A stretch of 64,000 nt of DNA from NCBI GenBank assembly GCA_039818205.1, contig JBCBUK010000014.1:32001-96000 (forward strand), given 5' to 3'. Within the stretch, counting starts at the first letter, position 1; the number at the start of each line of letters is the position of its first letter. Position numbers and translations under genes: made by a program. This document shows positions 29,108 through 39,065 of the stretch, in pieces. The notes under the pieces were generated by a model. The model was not told where the DNA came from. It ran no database searches and was given only the letters and a program-made list of their open reading frames with translations. The DNA is from Verrucomicrobiota bacterium. GTDB lineage: Bacteria > Verrucomicrobiota > Verrucomicrobiia > Opitutales > Cerasicoccaceae.

Positions 29108-31075
29108 ATGGTTAAATTTTCACTTGGTAATCTCAAAGGCTCACCGAGCTTTACACGTGCAGCGTTACTGGGCAGCTTCTTCGCAACCCTTGGCAGTGTT
29201 AGCGCGCAAACGTATATTGATGTCTATCCAGAAGTTACCCGGCAGATTGGCGGCGTTAGTGAGTTGAATCGTTCGGCCTACTTTGGGCTTTCGCACGATG
29301 GGGAATATTTCGATGCCCGGGTTCCCACCGAGGAGATGTATGACTATCTGATTGGAGATTTAAACATCCGCTTCGGGCGCAGCCTTGGACCAATTCGCCG
29401 AGTCGCACCTCTTAGTGCCAGCAATGAAGATCCGAAGCGCCCTGGTTTTGCCGATCCACGATACGTAAAGCAGAGAGCCGAAGGGCGACTCCGGGAAAAC
29501 AGTCGGCAGATGATTCGCGACTTTGGTGACAATCTAGATGTCGCAGGACATGGTCGCGATCGGGAGTTCCCCAGATTCATGGGATCATTTACTTCGGAGC
29601 ATTCGAGTGAAGGCGGCAAACATCACCACCTTCCCCAGAATATCGAAGCGGCCTCGGAGTATGCGCTGCTCGCCATGAAGTATGGCTACGATGACTTTAC
29701 CCGGCCGCGCTATTACGAACCGATCAATGAACCTCACTGGTCTCTGTGGGGTGAGCACCTTGCCGACTGGCATCTGATGGTTCATGAGCTGTTCGAAGAA
29801 GAGCTACCCGACGTCTTAGTGGGCGGCCCATGCAGCTCCGTCGGCTACATGTATCAAAACAATTACCGTACATGGAATGGCTTCCGTGAGTTCATTGATT
29901 TGACCGAGGGCAAACTCGATTTCTATTCCTTCCACGTTTATGACTTCCTGCGCTTCGAGAATGATGACTACATCGGAAACATCCAAAGTGGTCTGCCGCT
30001 GGAGGGAGTCATTGATCTGGTCAACAACTACACGGTCAATCAGTACGGCAAAGAAACCGCAATTGTTCTCAGCGAACACGGCGGCTATGTTACCGGCAAA
30101 AGCGGTAAGAGCGAACAAGACATTCAGAACGAAATCGCCGACAAGTATTTCGATCGTAATGGCGATGACTTTGAAACGGTCTTAAAAAAGCGCTCGATCA
30201 CCAACGGCAACATGGTCCGCAGTGCCATTGGCAACACGCTCGTATTCATGGACAACCCACACACAGTGATCAAGGCCGTGCCGTTCATCCTGCTCGAATC
30301 CTTCGCCTGGGACCCCTACTACTACGCGACCGCCTATGTCATGCAGGATTTCCGAGACCGCTCCAACTGGGTCCCCACCGAAAACTTGATGTTCTATCAG
30401 CTGTTCAAAGACCTGAAGGGCCGCCGCGTATTCGCCGCCAGCGACAATCCAGCGATCCAGGTCCGTGCCTTCGCCGAGCGAGACGAGCTCTACCTCGTCC
30501 TCAACAACCTTGGCGCAACACCCGATCAGCTTAGCATCCGTCTTCCAGAAGCCTCTACATACGAGCTGCAACGCTTCGGACGGAATCGCGATTTCACTCC
30601 CTACCTGGTTGACGAGAGAATCGACAATGCCCAATCGATCACACTCGCGGGCTACGAAACCGTTGTGCTCATGGCAACCTACCCCGGACCTATCCGCGAA
30701 CGCATGGTCATTAATGAGGTCCCTTACTACGCGGATGAAACCGTAGTCGCGATTGCCGAAGGCGAGACTGAAACATTTTCAATCGAACTACCCGATCCCT
30801 ACGACGCGCTCTACGCCACACTGCGCATCGGCTTTCGCAAAGACCCAAGTGCCTCGCGCGAAATCGACGCCACCTTCAATGGCAAAACAATCTCCTTGCC
30901 CATCGAAACGAACGTCGAGCGCTATGATCGTGGGTCCGACTTTGCCACCACCCGCATGGCACATATCGATGCCGACCTGCTGAAAGAGAACAACAAAGTC
31001 AGAATCTCATTCCCCGACGATGAATCAGGAACGATTGGGTCGGTTGTTCTTCGCGTTGTCCGCAAAGTTTACTAG
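29108..31075 (+). CDS. Secreted GH86-like beta-porphyranase/agarase
   Basis: Signal peptide; YYEPINEP and LSEHGG catalytic motifs; SFHVYD, AVPFIL; divergent paralog of 17369-19210. Confidence 0.8.
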   Translation: MVKFSLGNLKGSPSFTRAALLGSFFATLGSVSAQTYIDVYPEVTRQIGGVSELNRSAYFGLSHDGEYFDARVPTEEMYDYLIGDLNIRFGRSLGPIRRVAPLSASNEDPKRPGFADPRYVKQRAEGRLRENSRQMIRDFGDNLDVAGHGRDREFPRFMGSFTSEHSSEGGKHHHLPQNIEAASEYALLAMKYGYDDFTRPRYYEPINEPHWSLWGEHLADWHLMVHELFEEELPDVLVGGPCSSVGYMYQNNYRTWNGFREFIDLTEGKLDFYSFHVYDFLRFENDDYIGNIQSGLPLEGVIDLVNNYTVNQYGKETAIVLSEHGGYVTGKSGKSEQDIQNEIADKYFDRNGDDFETVLKKRSITNGNMVRSAIGNTLVFMDNPHTVIKAVPFILLESFAWDPYYYATAYVMQDFRDRSNWVPTENLMFYQLFKDLKGRRVFAASDNPAIQVRAFAERDELYLVLNNLGATPDQLSIRLPEASTYELQRFGRNRDFTPYLVDERIDNAQSITLAGYETVVLMATYPGPIRERMVINEVPYYADETVVAIAEGETETFSIELPDPYDALYATLRIGFRKDPSASREIDATFNGKTISLPIETNVERYDRGSDFATTRMAHIDADLLKENNKVRISFPDDESGTIGSVVLRVVRKVY

Positions 31076-31133
31076 TCTCTTTTAGTTCCAAAGCATCTCC
31101 CGCTTCAACCATCCAACCCATACGCCCTCTACC

Positions 31134-31787
31134 ATGTTAAAACTCATTTTATCTTACAGCTTGCTTATCGCTTTCGCAGCAACCGCGCAAGCAGCGCCAC
31201 TCTTCGAAGCTAAAGACGGTTTACTAATTATCGAATCCGAATCGACCCGTTCGAAACTCGGAGAGTGGCAGGAAAAATCTGCCCTCGAGGGATTCGCCGG
31301 CGAAGGCTACCTTGAGTTTACCGGGAACCGACCCGAAAATGGACCGCCAAAATCTCCGCTCAAATACCGCTTCCAAGTCGATAAAGACGGCAAGTATAAG
31401 TTGTGGATTCGGGCACACCAACGTCTTGTTGCCGACAATGGTGAAAAGGCTCGCTGGGACCACTGCAACGACTGCTATGTCCGACTCGATGGAAACTATA
31501 AGTCCGGCAATGACGTCCCTGTTGAGCAACTGGAAACCGACACCAAGCTCTACGTTAATGGCAAGGATACTTGGAACAGCACCAAGCAGTTAGACTTCCA
31601 TCATCCAGAAACGCACAAGGCGGTTAAGCGGCAGCCAGTTTATGAGTTGAAGGCCGGACGAAAATACACACTCTACATATCTGGGCGCTCTCAACGATTC
31701 AACATGGATCGCATAATCCTGCATCACGAAAGCATACCCCAATCCAAAACTACCAACCCGGAACTTCCTGAAAGCAACCGGCGCTAA
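31134..31787 (+). CDS. Secreted hypothetical protein (CBM-like beta-sandwich)
   Basis: Signal peptide; similar to an internal domain of the 22965-27665 protein. Confidence 0.78.
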   Translation: MLKLILSYSLLIAFAATAQAAPLFEAKDGLLIIESESTRSKLGEWQEKSALEGFAGEGYLEFTGNRPENGPPKSPLKYRFQVDKDGKYKLWIRAHQRLVADNGEKARWDHCNDCYVRLDGNYKSGNDVPVEQLETDTKLYVNGKDTWNSTKQLDFHHPETHKAVKRQPVYELKAGRKYTLYISGRSQRFNMDRIILHHESIPQSKTTNPELPESNRR

Positions 31788-31800
31788 GAATCCAAAAAAC

Positions 31801-32811
31801 ATGCGCGCAACCCTGACATTGTTCTCCACCCTCGCCCTCACCTCCAGCGTCGTATTTGCCGATACCGCGGTCTCAAAGCCAGACACGGAAGAAACGTGGA
31901 CTGTCGTCGATACCACCAACACGTGCACTGCTCGGCACGAAGCCAGCATGGTTACCCTGGGCGATAAATTGTATCTAATTGGTGGGCGCCGCAAGGTGCC
32001 TGTTAATGAGTATGACCCAGCGACCAAAACCTGGAAGGAGATGGCTAAGCCACCGTTTCAAATGCATCACTTCCAAGCCGTCGTCATTGACGACAAGATA
32101 GCGATCATTGGTGCGTTCACGGGCGGCTATCCCTACGAGAAGCCAATCCCCAACGTTTGGTATTTCGACCCAAAGACCAACTCTTGGGAAGAGGGCGCTG
32201 AAATCCCTGCCGAACGCCGACGCGGCGCAGCAGGCGTCGTGGTTGATGGTGACGATGTCTACGTGGTTGGTGGGATTGTTAACGGCCACTGGGATGGCTT
32301 CGTGCCGTGGCTTGATCGGTGGAATACCAAGACCGGCGAGTGGACGGTTCTTCCCGATGCACCCAACGAACGCGACCACTTCCAAGCCGGAATCATCGAC
32401 AACAAGATTGTCGCTGCTGGTGGACGCCGGACCCACGCCGCCGTCAAACAGACTTTTAATCGAACCATTGCAGAAGTCGATGCCTTCGACATAGCTAGCG
32501 GTGAATGGACCACCCTTGAACACAACCTGCCAACCAAGCGCGCAGGCACCATGGCGGCAACCTATGGTGACACAATCTTTATTGCGGGCGGCGAAAGCGG
32601 CTCCCAGAAAGAGGCTCATGCCGAAGTGGAACGGTTTTCGTTTAGCGACGGCGAATGGCACCAATGCACGCCCCTCGCTCACGGGCGCCACGGCGGCGGC
32701 ATGTGCGTCCACGGCGATGATATGTTCCTTGCTTCCGGCTCCGGAAATCGCGGTGGCGGTCCCGAGCTGGACACCATAGAAATGATAGATATTTCAGACC
32801 TGCTACAATAG
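31801..32811 (+). CDS. Secreted Kelch-repeat beta-propeller protein
   Basis: Repeated LYLIGG/VYVVGG/IFIAGG ... YDP..W Kelch motifs; signal peptide. Confidence 0.9.
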   Translation: MRATLTLFSTLALTSSVVFADTAVSKPDTEETWTVVDTTNTCTARHEASMVTLGDKLYLIGGRRKVPVNEYDPATKTWKEMAKPPFQMHHFQAVVIDDKIAIIGAFTGGYPYEKPIPNVWYFDPKTNSWEEGAEIPAERRRGAAGVVVDGDDVYVVGGIVNGHWDGFVPWLDRWNTKTGEWTVLPDAPNERDHFQAGIIDNKIVAAGGRRTHAAVKQTFNRTIAEVDAFDIASGEWTTLEHNLPTKRAGTMAATYGDTIFIAGGESGSQKEAHAEVERFSFSDGEWHQCTPLAHGRHGGGMCVHGDDMFLASGSGNRGGGPELDTIEMIDISDLLQ

Positions 32812-32833
32812 TCTGATACTACGGTTGATAAAG

Positions 32834-32865
32834 AAACAGCCCCCACGAAAGTAGGGGCTGTTTTT
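32834..32865. terminator. Bidirectional rho-independent terminator
   Basis: AAACAGCCCC...GGGGCTGTTTTT between convergent genes. Confidence 0.8.
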
Positions 32866-32897
32866 GCTTCTAGAAAGTGAATGAATCCTCGAGCCAA

Positions 32898-34445
32898 TTA
32901 GTGGGCTGCCTCGAGAACCTTCGGTTTGTAGCCACCCTTGGACTTAAAGTAGAGGAACAAGCCAATGTAACCAATCAGCATGATTGCCGGGAAAATTGTC
33001 ATCTTGGTCAATGCAGCCTGTGCTCCGTGTTCGCGAATGGTTTCAATCTTTGCCTGCGCTTCTTCCGGTTGCTTGGCAACAGCCTCTCCGTCCAACGCAG
33101 TGTATTCTCCCAGCCAGATACTGCTTTGCGTCGTTACTTCACTATAGACCTGAGGCATCTCTTCTTTCAATGAACTCGTAACGGAGCCCTCTTGAAACAT
33201 TCCGATGATCGGGCCACCGACAATGCCGACTGCCAACATACCAATACCTGCAATCGCATTCAAAGTAAGCGCACCACCACGCGGTGTCTGCTCAGATGCG
33301 ACGCCAAGCATGGTCGGCCAGAAGTAGGTCTTGGCAACCGCGTAGACGGTCGCAGACCCAAAAATGAAGATCAAGCCAGCTGCTTTCGAGAGCATGAAGA
33401 GACCCACGATCGCAAGTGCGGAGCACGCCATGAGCAAGCCCAGTGGCGTTAGCGCCTTGATCACAGGCCCAGCGAAGAAGCGAAGCACCATCATAATCGC
33501 CGAAGTGTAAACCAGCACCCAGGCCGGATTCCAACCCGCTTCTTCCATTGCGCCCTCCATCAGGCCAGAAATAGCGCCATCGGTTCCGAGCTCGGTAATC
33601 GCGAGAGGCATCATGATGATCACCAACACAATCAACAGAGGATTACCAAATGAGCGGCAGTAGACTCCAAACCCGATTGTCGATACGGCGATCAAAGAAT
33701 ACATCAGCCACTCAGGCATTCCGGGAAACGCACCCGCAAGTTCACGGAAAATCAAATAGGAGGCGATGAAGGCACCAACAGCACCAAACTCAGCAAGCAT
33801 CTGGCGGTAACTCGAACCGGCAGCAACCCGCTCGTTCACTGGGAACTTCACCTTGAATAGCATGATCACGTAGATGATCGCTGGCGCGAACATGAAGATC
33901 AGCAGAATACGCCAGTCATTGGAAACCGCACCATGCAACCCAATTGCAATGATACCACCCACGACCAGACCAGCTGGCCAGCCAGCGTGGAGGATGTTCA
34001 ACCATTTCGATTTTTCATCCTTGTAGATCGTGGCAACCACCGGGTTGATAAACGCTTCAACCGTTCCGTTTCCAAGACCTAGAACCACCGATCCCCAATA
34101 CAAATAATTCCAAGCCGCTGCTTGAGCATCCGCACCACCCGCTTGCAGCGCACTGTGCCCCATTAAGGCGAGAACGGCAAAACCAGCATAACAGACAAAG
34201 CTGAACAACATGGCGAAGCGGTATCCCACATAATCGATAAACAGACTGAAGAGGATAATGCTAATCGCAAACGGCCAGAGACCAGCTCCGAAAAGTCGAT
34301 TCGCTTGCACGGCATCAATGCCAAGCGCTTCGGGCCACACGCCACTGCCGATCAAGATCGCGCGAAAAATAAACGCCATCGAGGTGGTAATCAGGGCAAT
34401 AAAGCAGCCCCAGAAAACTAGTTTGTCGTTCTTATTATGTTCCAT
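32898..34445 (-). CDS. MFS transporter (probable sugar/glycoside permease)
   Basis: >=12 TM; GNGTVEAFINPVVAT...LNILHAGWP motif; ATG at 34445. Confidence 0.88.
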   Translation of the reverse strand: MEHNKNDKLVFWGCFIALITTSMAFIFRAILIGSGVWPEALGIDAVQANRLFGAGLWPFAISIILFSLFIDYVGYRFAMLFSFVCYAGFAVLALMGHSALQAGGADAQAAAWNYLYWGSVVLGLGNGTVEAFINPVVATIYKDEKSKWLNILHAGWPAGLVVGGIIAIGLHGAVSNDWRILLIFMFAPAIIYVIMLFKVKFPVNERVAAGSSYRQMLAEFGAVGAFIASYLIFRELAGAFPGMPEWLMYSLIAVSTIGFGVYCRSFGNPLLIVLVIIMMPLAITELGTDGAISGLMEGAMEEAGWNPAWVLVYTSAIMMVLRFFAGPVIKALTPLGLLMACSALAIVGLFMLSKAAGLIFIFGSATVYAVAKTYFWPTMLGVASEQTPRGGALTLNAIAGIGMLAVGIVGGPIIGMFQEGSVTSSLKEEMPQVYSEVTTQSSIWLGEYTALDGEAVAKQPEEAQAKIETIREHGAQAALTKMTIFPAIMLIGYIGLFLYFKSKGGYKPKVLEAAH

Positions 34446-34510
34446 GGGAGATTGTGAGAGATTGAAGACGAGGTGAAGAAAAGGGTGCAAGGCAAGCGAA
34501 GGCTAGAGGC

Positions 34511-35284
34511 CTACTCGCTAAAACGACGACGGTAACGCATCGGGGTGATCTTCAACTCAAGGCGGAAGGCCCGCGTCATGTTGGTTTGATCATTAAAGCC
34601 ACAGTCGACGGCGATGGCAGCCAAACTGCGGTTCGTATCCCGAAGTAACTTACAAGCCGCGTTAAGCCGCGTCTTGCGTAAATACATCAACGGGGTCAGC
34701 CCAAAGGTTTTGCGGAACAGCCGCTCCTGGGAGCTGACCGAGATTCCACTGACGCTAGCCATATCGGAAACCGAAATCTTCTTGCGGTAGTTCGCCCGAA
34801 CAAAATCGACGATCTTATGCATCTCCGGGTAGTTGGCGTAAACGGTGTCCGTGTCCCGAATGATGCGGGCATATCCGAACAAACCAATAACTTCGCCTTC
34901 GGCACTGCGCAGGGGGATTTTCGTGGTGCAAAACCAATCAAGCGATCCATCCGAAGCAGGGACCAACTCAATCCGATTACGAATAACCTCACCGGTTGAC
35001 ATCACTTTTTGGTCATCCGTGTAGAAGGCGTCCGCCAGAAAATCTGGGCTGAATTCGTAGTCCGTCTTTCCTAAAACTGACGCAATCGACGTCTCCCCAA
35101 GGGTTTGGGCAAACGCAAGATTGCCTCCCATAAATCGGCTCTCGCGATCTTTGACAAAGCACAAGATGTCGGAAAGTGCTTCCGACACAACGTCGACAAT
35201 TTGCCCAGGAAGTAGCTCCGCCAAAAACGCAGACCGGGCTTCCTCAATTGCTTCATTCGCAATGGGGGTGGGTTTCATTTGCAT
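34511..35284 (-). CDS. AraC family regulator with N-terminal PAS domain
   Basis: FVKDRESRF...GKTDYEF PAS; IAVDCGFNDQTNMTRAFR AraC HTH. Confidence 0.92.
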   Translation of the reverse strand: MQMKPTPIANEAIEEARSAFLAELLPGQIVDVVSEALSDILCFVKDRESRFMGGNLAFAQTLGETSIASVLGKTDYEFSPDFLADAFYTDDQKVMSTGEVIRNRIELVPASDGSLDWFCTTKIPLRSAEGEVIGLFGYARIIRDTDTVYANYPEMHKIVDFVRANYRKKISVSDMASVSGISVSSQERLFRKTFGLTPLMYLRKTRLNAACKLLRDTNRSLAAIAVDCGFNDQTNMTRAFRLELKITPMRYRRRFSE

Positions 35285-35479
35285 AAAGAACGATTAGCGT
35301 TTGACGGCATATGACAAAATGCAAACTCAAAAAAACACATTATCCATAAGATATGAAAATGCTTAAAACTGGAACTAAGCCACTGTCAAACAATGACTTA
35401 AATCCAATTCACAAACAACTCATACTTGTCGTTTTCCGACATCGACAAACCAATCGCACTCGAAAAGTGCGGAAATATG

Positions 35480-36694
35480 TCACTTGGACAACTCGCCAAT
35501 CGCCGGGTTTTCCATCACGTGATTGATCACCGTAGCCAGGCAACCACGTAACTGATCCTCATTGGTTTGACTCACAACTACCGTCAACGGGTCAGTCATG
35601 CAGGACATCGTTTCTGCCAAAATCGCCTCCTTGATCACCGGCTCAACAAACTTCATCAGCGGACAAAGCCGACCACCCACAACGATCAATGACGGATTGA
35701 ATGCCTGAACAAGCCGCGCCGCTCCGGTACCAAATTTCTGCCCGACATCATCAAGCACTTTGAGAACCGACGAATCACCCTGCTCCGCCTTCTCAGCAAC
35801 CCAGTCAATCCAATCGACCTCGGCACCCTCTTCTTGCGGGACGTCAACACCAACATCTGCCAGTTTGCGAATGACCGCGCTTGATCCGATTTCCGTGAGC
35901 CAGCAGCCCTCCTTGCCGCATCGGCATTTCACGCCGTTTGCATCAAAGCTCGTGTGTCCTACCTGTCCCGCAAAACCGCGTTCACCTCGCATCAAATTTC
36001 CGTCGATGTAAACACCCGCGGCCAACCCGACGCCGAGACTAATATAGATGAAATTCTGTGGAGCCGCATTCGTTTCAACATAACGGGCGCCAATCGCGCC
36101 GGCATGGGCCTCGTTCTCGACGAAAACCGGAACGGCAAAACGCTTCTCCCAGTCCGCTTTCAAAGTGACATGCTCCCAACCAGAGGTCGGTCCGTAGGCC
36201 AGTTGACCATCCACGCGATCGACTAATCCAGCCCACGCGACACCAATTCCGTAACATTGTAACTCGCGATCGCGACCAACTGCGAGTGCATCTTCAATTA
36301 ATAGGGCTACTTGCTCAAGAGTTTTGCCAGGTGATTCCTTCAGGTCATAAGAGATACTTTCGCGCCACAAAACCTCTTCGCCTATATTCGTGAGAAGTAA
36401 CGAAATACGGTCCAAATCGATATCGACTGCGAGCATGCACCCTGACCACGGATTTAGCTCTAGAAGCAAACCTGGGCGACCCGCTCGGCCACCATCATAG
36501 GTCGTTTCGCTGATCAACGAGGCCTCTAGCAGGTCTGCAACGATATTCGAGACCGTGGCACGTGTCAGGCCCAGTCTAGAAGCGATGTTGGCACGCGACA
36601 ATGCGCCTTGATTCCGCAGTAGATCTAGAACATTGATCGCATTGAGTCGGCGGATATCGCTTCGATCATATCGTTGTTTGGTTAATATATCCAT
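35480..36694 (-). CDS. ROK family transcriptional repressor (XylR/NagC-like)
   Basis: SRANIASRLGLTRATVS HTH, GGRAGRP, ENEAHA, GQVGH...CRCGKEGCW. Confidence 0.93.
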   Translation of the reverse strand: MDILTKQRYDRSDIRRLNAINVLDLLRNQGALSRANIASRLGLTRATVSNIVADLLEASLISETTYDGGRAGRPGLLLELNPWSGCMLAVDIDLDRISLLLTNIGEEVLWRESISYDLKESPGKTLEQVALLIEDALAVGRDRELQCYGIGVAWAGLVDRVDGQLAYGPTSGWEHVTLKADWEKRFAVPVFVENEAHAGAIGARYVETNAAPQNFIYISLGVGLAAGVYIDGNLMRGERGFAGQVGHTSFDANGVKCRCGKEGCWLTEIGSSAVIRKLADVGVDVPQEEGAEVDWIDWVAEKAEQGDSSVLKVLDDVGQKFGTGAARLVQAFNPSLIVVGGRLCPLMKFVEPVIKEAILAETMSCMTDPLTVVVSQTNEDQLRGCLATVINHVMENPAIGELSK

Positions 36695-36726
36695 TATGGT
36701 GCTTTAGGCTTGCTTTTATTTGAAAT

Positions 36727-36751
36727 TTAGTTTGTTTAAAAACAAAACTTT
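36727..36751. promoter_or_regulatory. Putative ROK (XylR-type) operator TTAGTTTGTTTAAAAACAAAACTTT
   Basis: Imperfect palindrome in the divergent promoter between the ROK gene and the oxidoreductase operon; resembles Bacillus XylR operators (TTAGTTTGTT..AACAAACTAA). Confidence 0.6.
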
Positions 36752-36804
36752 ACCTGTTTGTGGAATAAATGAAACCTTTCTGTTTCCAATAATACAATAT
36801 TAAG

Positions 36805-38289
36805 ATGCATAGAACAAAACCCCAGCTTTCGCGTAGAAACTTCCTCAAATCTAGCGCTGCAATCGGCGCATTTACGGTTTTACCATCCTATATCGCGCTT
36901 GGCAACAAATCTTCATCGGGTAATGCACCCAGCGAGCGCGTTCGTCTTGCAGTTATTGGTATCGGCCATCAAGGGAACGGAGATCGTAAAGCATTGATGA
37001 GCTCTAAGTTATGCGATGTTGTCGCGCTATGCGACATTGATATGTTGGGCGCACATACGCATGAAGCGCGATATACCCACGGTTTGACCAATAAACCCCC
37101 CAAGATGAAAGACGGTAAGGCGGCACCCGCTCAAACCGCCATCAAGGCCCGTGGTTATCAGGATTTTCGCAAAATGTTCGACGAAATGGGCGACGATATC
37201 GACGCCGTTTTGATCGCCACTCCGGACCATTCCCACTTCGCTGCCGCCATGCTGGCGATGTCGCTCGGGAAACACGTTTACGTTGAGAAGCCCTTGGCGC
37301 ACACCTTCGGCCAGACACAGCGTTTGATGGATATCGCCGAGCGCACGGGTGTTGCCACCCAAATGGGCAATCAGGGCCACTCAGGGGCCAACTATTTTCA
37401 GTTCAAGGCCTGGCGCGAAGCAGGCATCATTAAGAACGTCCACCGTATCACCGCGCACATGAACAATTGGCGCCGCTGGCATGGCTGGGGGCAGGACGCC
37501 ACCGAGTACCCTCAACAGGCCGTTCCCGAGGGCGTTGATTGGGATCAGTGGATCGACGTGGTCGCCCAAGAACGCCCGTTCAGCAACAAACTGCATCCAC
37601 AGGAATGGCGCAGCTGGTTCGAATACGGCAGCGGAGCCTTCGGCGACTGGGGACCGCACATCCTCGATACCTGCCACGAATTTTTGGAGCTCGGTTTACC
37701 TGAGAAAGTAACCGCGGTGAAACTGGAAGGACGCAACCCACTCGTTTACCCACAAGCATCCACCATCCGATTTAGCTTTGCCGAACGCGGACCTGATCTG
37801 CCAGCTTGTGAAGTAACTTGGTATGATGGCCAAAAGAACTGGCCGCCGCTTGAACCCGAGCTAGGCGAGTTGGTCAAGGATCCCGCTACCGGCAAGGAAA
37901 CCCGGAAGAAGCTCGAGCTGGGCGGTCCAGGAAAGATCATCTACTCGGATGACCTGGTCTTCAAGGGCGGCTCGCACGCGCGCCCACTCACGATTGTGCC
38001 CAAGGAAAAATTCCTGGAAATGCGGAAGTCGCTGCCAAAGTTTCCCCAGAAGAACTCTAGCCACTACGCAAACTTCATCCTGGCCTGTAAGGGCGAGGAG
38101 GAGACCCGGTCCCCATTCAGCGTTAGTGGCGAACTGACTCAAGTCTTCAACCTCGGAGTTCTGGCCCAGCGATTTGGCGGGGAACTGGAGTTTGATCAGA
38201 AGACAAAAACGATTACGAACAATCCATCAGCCCAAGCATTGCTCGACCCAGCTCCGCGCAAAGGCTGGGAAGAATTCTACAGTCTCTAA
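36805..38289 (+). CDS. Tat-exported Gfo/Idh/MocA family oxidoreductase
   Basis: SRRNFLK twin-arginine signal; GIGHQG Rossmann; ATPDHSH, VEKP, GDWGPHILD. Confidence 0.93.
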   Translation: MHRTKPQLSRRNFLKSSAAIGAFTVLPSYIALGNKSSSGNAPSERVRLAVIGIGHQGNGDRKALMSSKLCDVVALCDIDMLGAHTHEARYTHGLTNKPPKMKDGKAAPAQTAIKARGYQDFRKMFDEMGDDIDAVLIATPDHSHFAAAMLAMSLGKHVYVEKPLAHTFGQTQRLMDIAERTGVATQMGNQGHSGANYFQFKAWREAGIIKNVHRITAHMNNWRRWHGWGQDATEYPQQAVPEGVDWDQWIDVVAQERPFSNKLHPQEWRSWFEYGSGAFGDWGPHILDTCHEFLELGLPEKVTAVKLEGRNPLVYPQASTIRFSFAERGPDLPACEVTWYDGQKNWPPLEPELGELVKDPATGKETRKKLELGGPGKIIYSDDLVFKGGSHARPLTIVPKEKFLEMRKSLPKFPQKNSSHYANFILACKGEEETRSPFSVSGELTQVFNLGVLAQRFGGELEFDQKTKTITNNPSAQALLDPAPRKGWEEFYSL

Positions 38290-38312
38290 CCCTTCCACCT
38301 TTACCTGATCCT

Positions 38313-39065
38313 ATGAAAACAATCCTTCTCACAGGCTTGTCCCTGCTGTGTACCCTGGGTGCATCCGCCAACCAGATATCGGCAGAACAGCAAAAATACG
38401 TCGACCAGTATAAGAAACAGAAACACATCGTTGCTCCAGAAGACGCACTCCTCAACACCGAGCCCGAGCCAAACCTAACCGAGGGGTTCACGAACCTTTA
38501 TAATGGGAAAAACCTCGATGGCTGGACTCCCCGTGGCGGTTTCTGCACCTTTGAAGCTGACGGCGATAGCATTCTGGGCACCTGTGTAAAAGGCTCCCCA
38601 AGCACCTACCTGTGCACCGACAAGGACTACAGCAATTTCATTTTCACCGCCGAGCTCAAATGGGAGGTCGATGGCAATAGCGGAATCCTCTACCGCTCGC
38701 GCTACAAGACCAATCCCGACAAGGAGCACGAAATCGTCTACGGCCCTCAGTGCGAAATGGAAGGCTTTGCCCGCGATCGTCAGTGGTCCGGTGGAATCTA
38801 TGGTCAAGGTACGGTCGCCTGGCAATATCCGCTGTGGCTGGAAGCTCACGAAGAAGCCCGCGCTGCCTTAAAGAAGGATGACTGGAACCGCATCACCATC
38901 CAGGCCAACGGTCCCGTCATTAAGACGTGGATCAATGGCGTGCCTGCCGCACATTTTATTGACGACAAGTTTCTCGATGGCTTCTTCGGCCTTCAAGTGC
39001 ACTCGGGGCACCAGGGTACCATTCGTTTCCGCAACCTAAAGGTCAAAGAGCTGGAACCACACTGA
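38313..39065 (+). CDS. Secreted DUF1080 (3-keto-disaccharide hydrolase/lyase family) protein
   Basis: Signal peptide; LYNGKNLDGW, NSGILYR, WN...GLQVH, FRNLKVKEL. Confidence 0.9.
   Translation: MKTILLTGLSLLCTLGASANQISAEQQKYVDQYKKQKHIVAPEDALLNTEPEPNLTEGFTNLYNGKNLDGWTPRGGFCTFEADGDSILGTCVKGSPSTYLCTDKDYSNFIFTAELKWEVDGNSGILYRSRYKTNPDKEHEIVYGPQCEMEGFARDRQWSGGIYGQGTVAWQYPLWLEAHEEARAALKKDDWNRITIQANGPVIKTWINGVPAAHFIDDKFLDGFFGLQVHSGHQGTIRFRNLKVKELEPH

Noticed and set aside
39063..39065. Genome-wide UGA=Trp recoding or selenocysteine
   Set aside because: TGA terminates many normal genes here, and the position corresponds to an aromatic residue, not Cys; no SECIS was verifiable by eye
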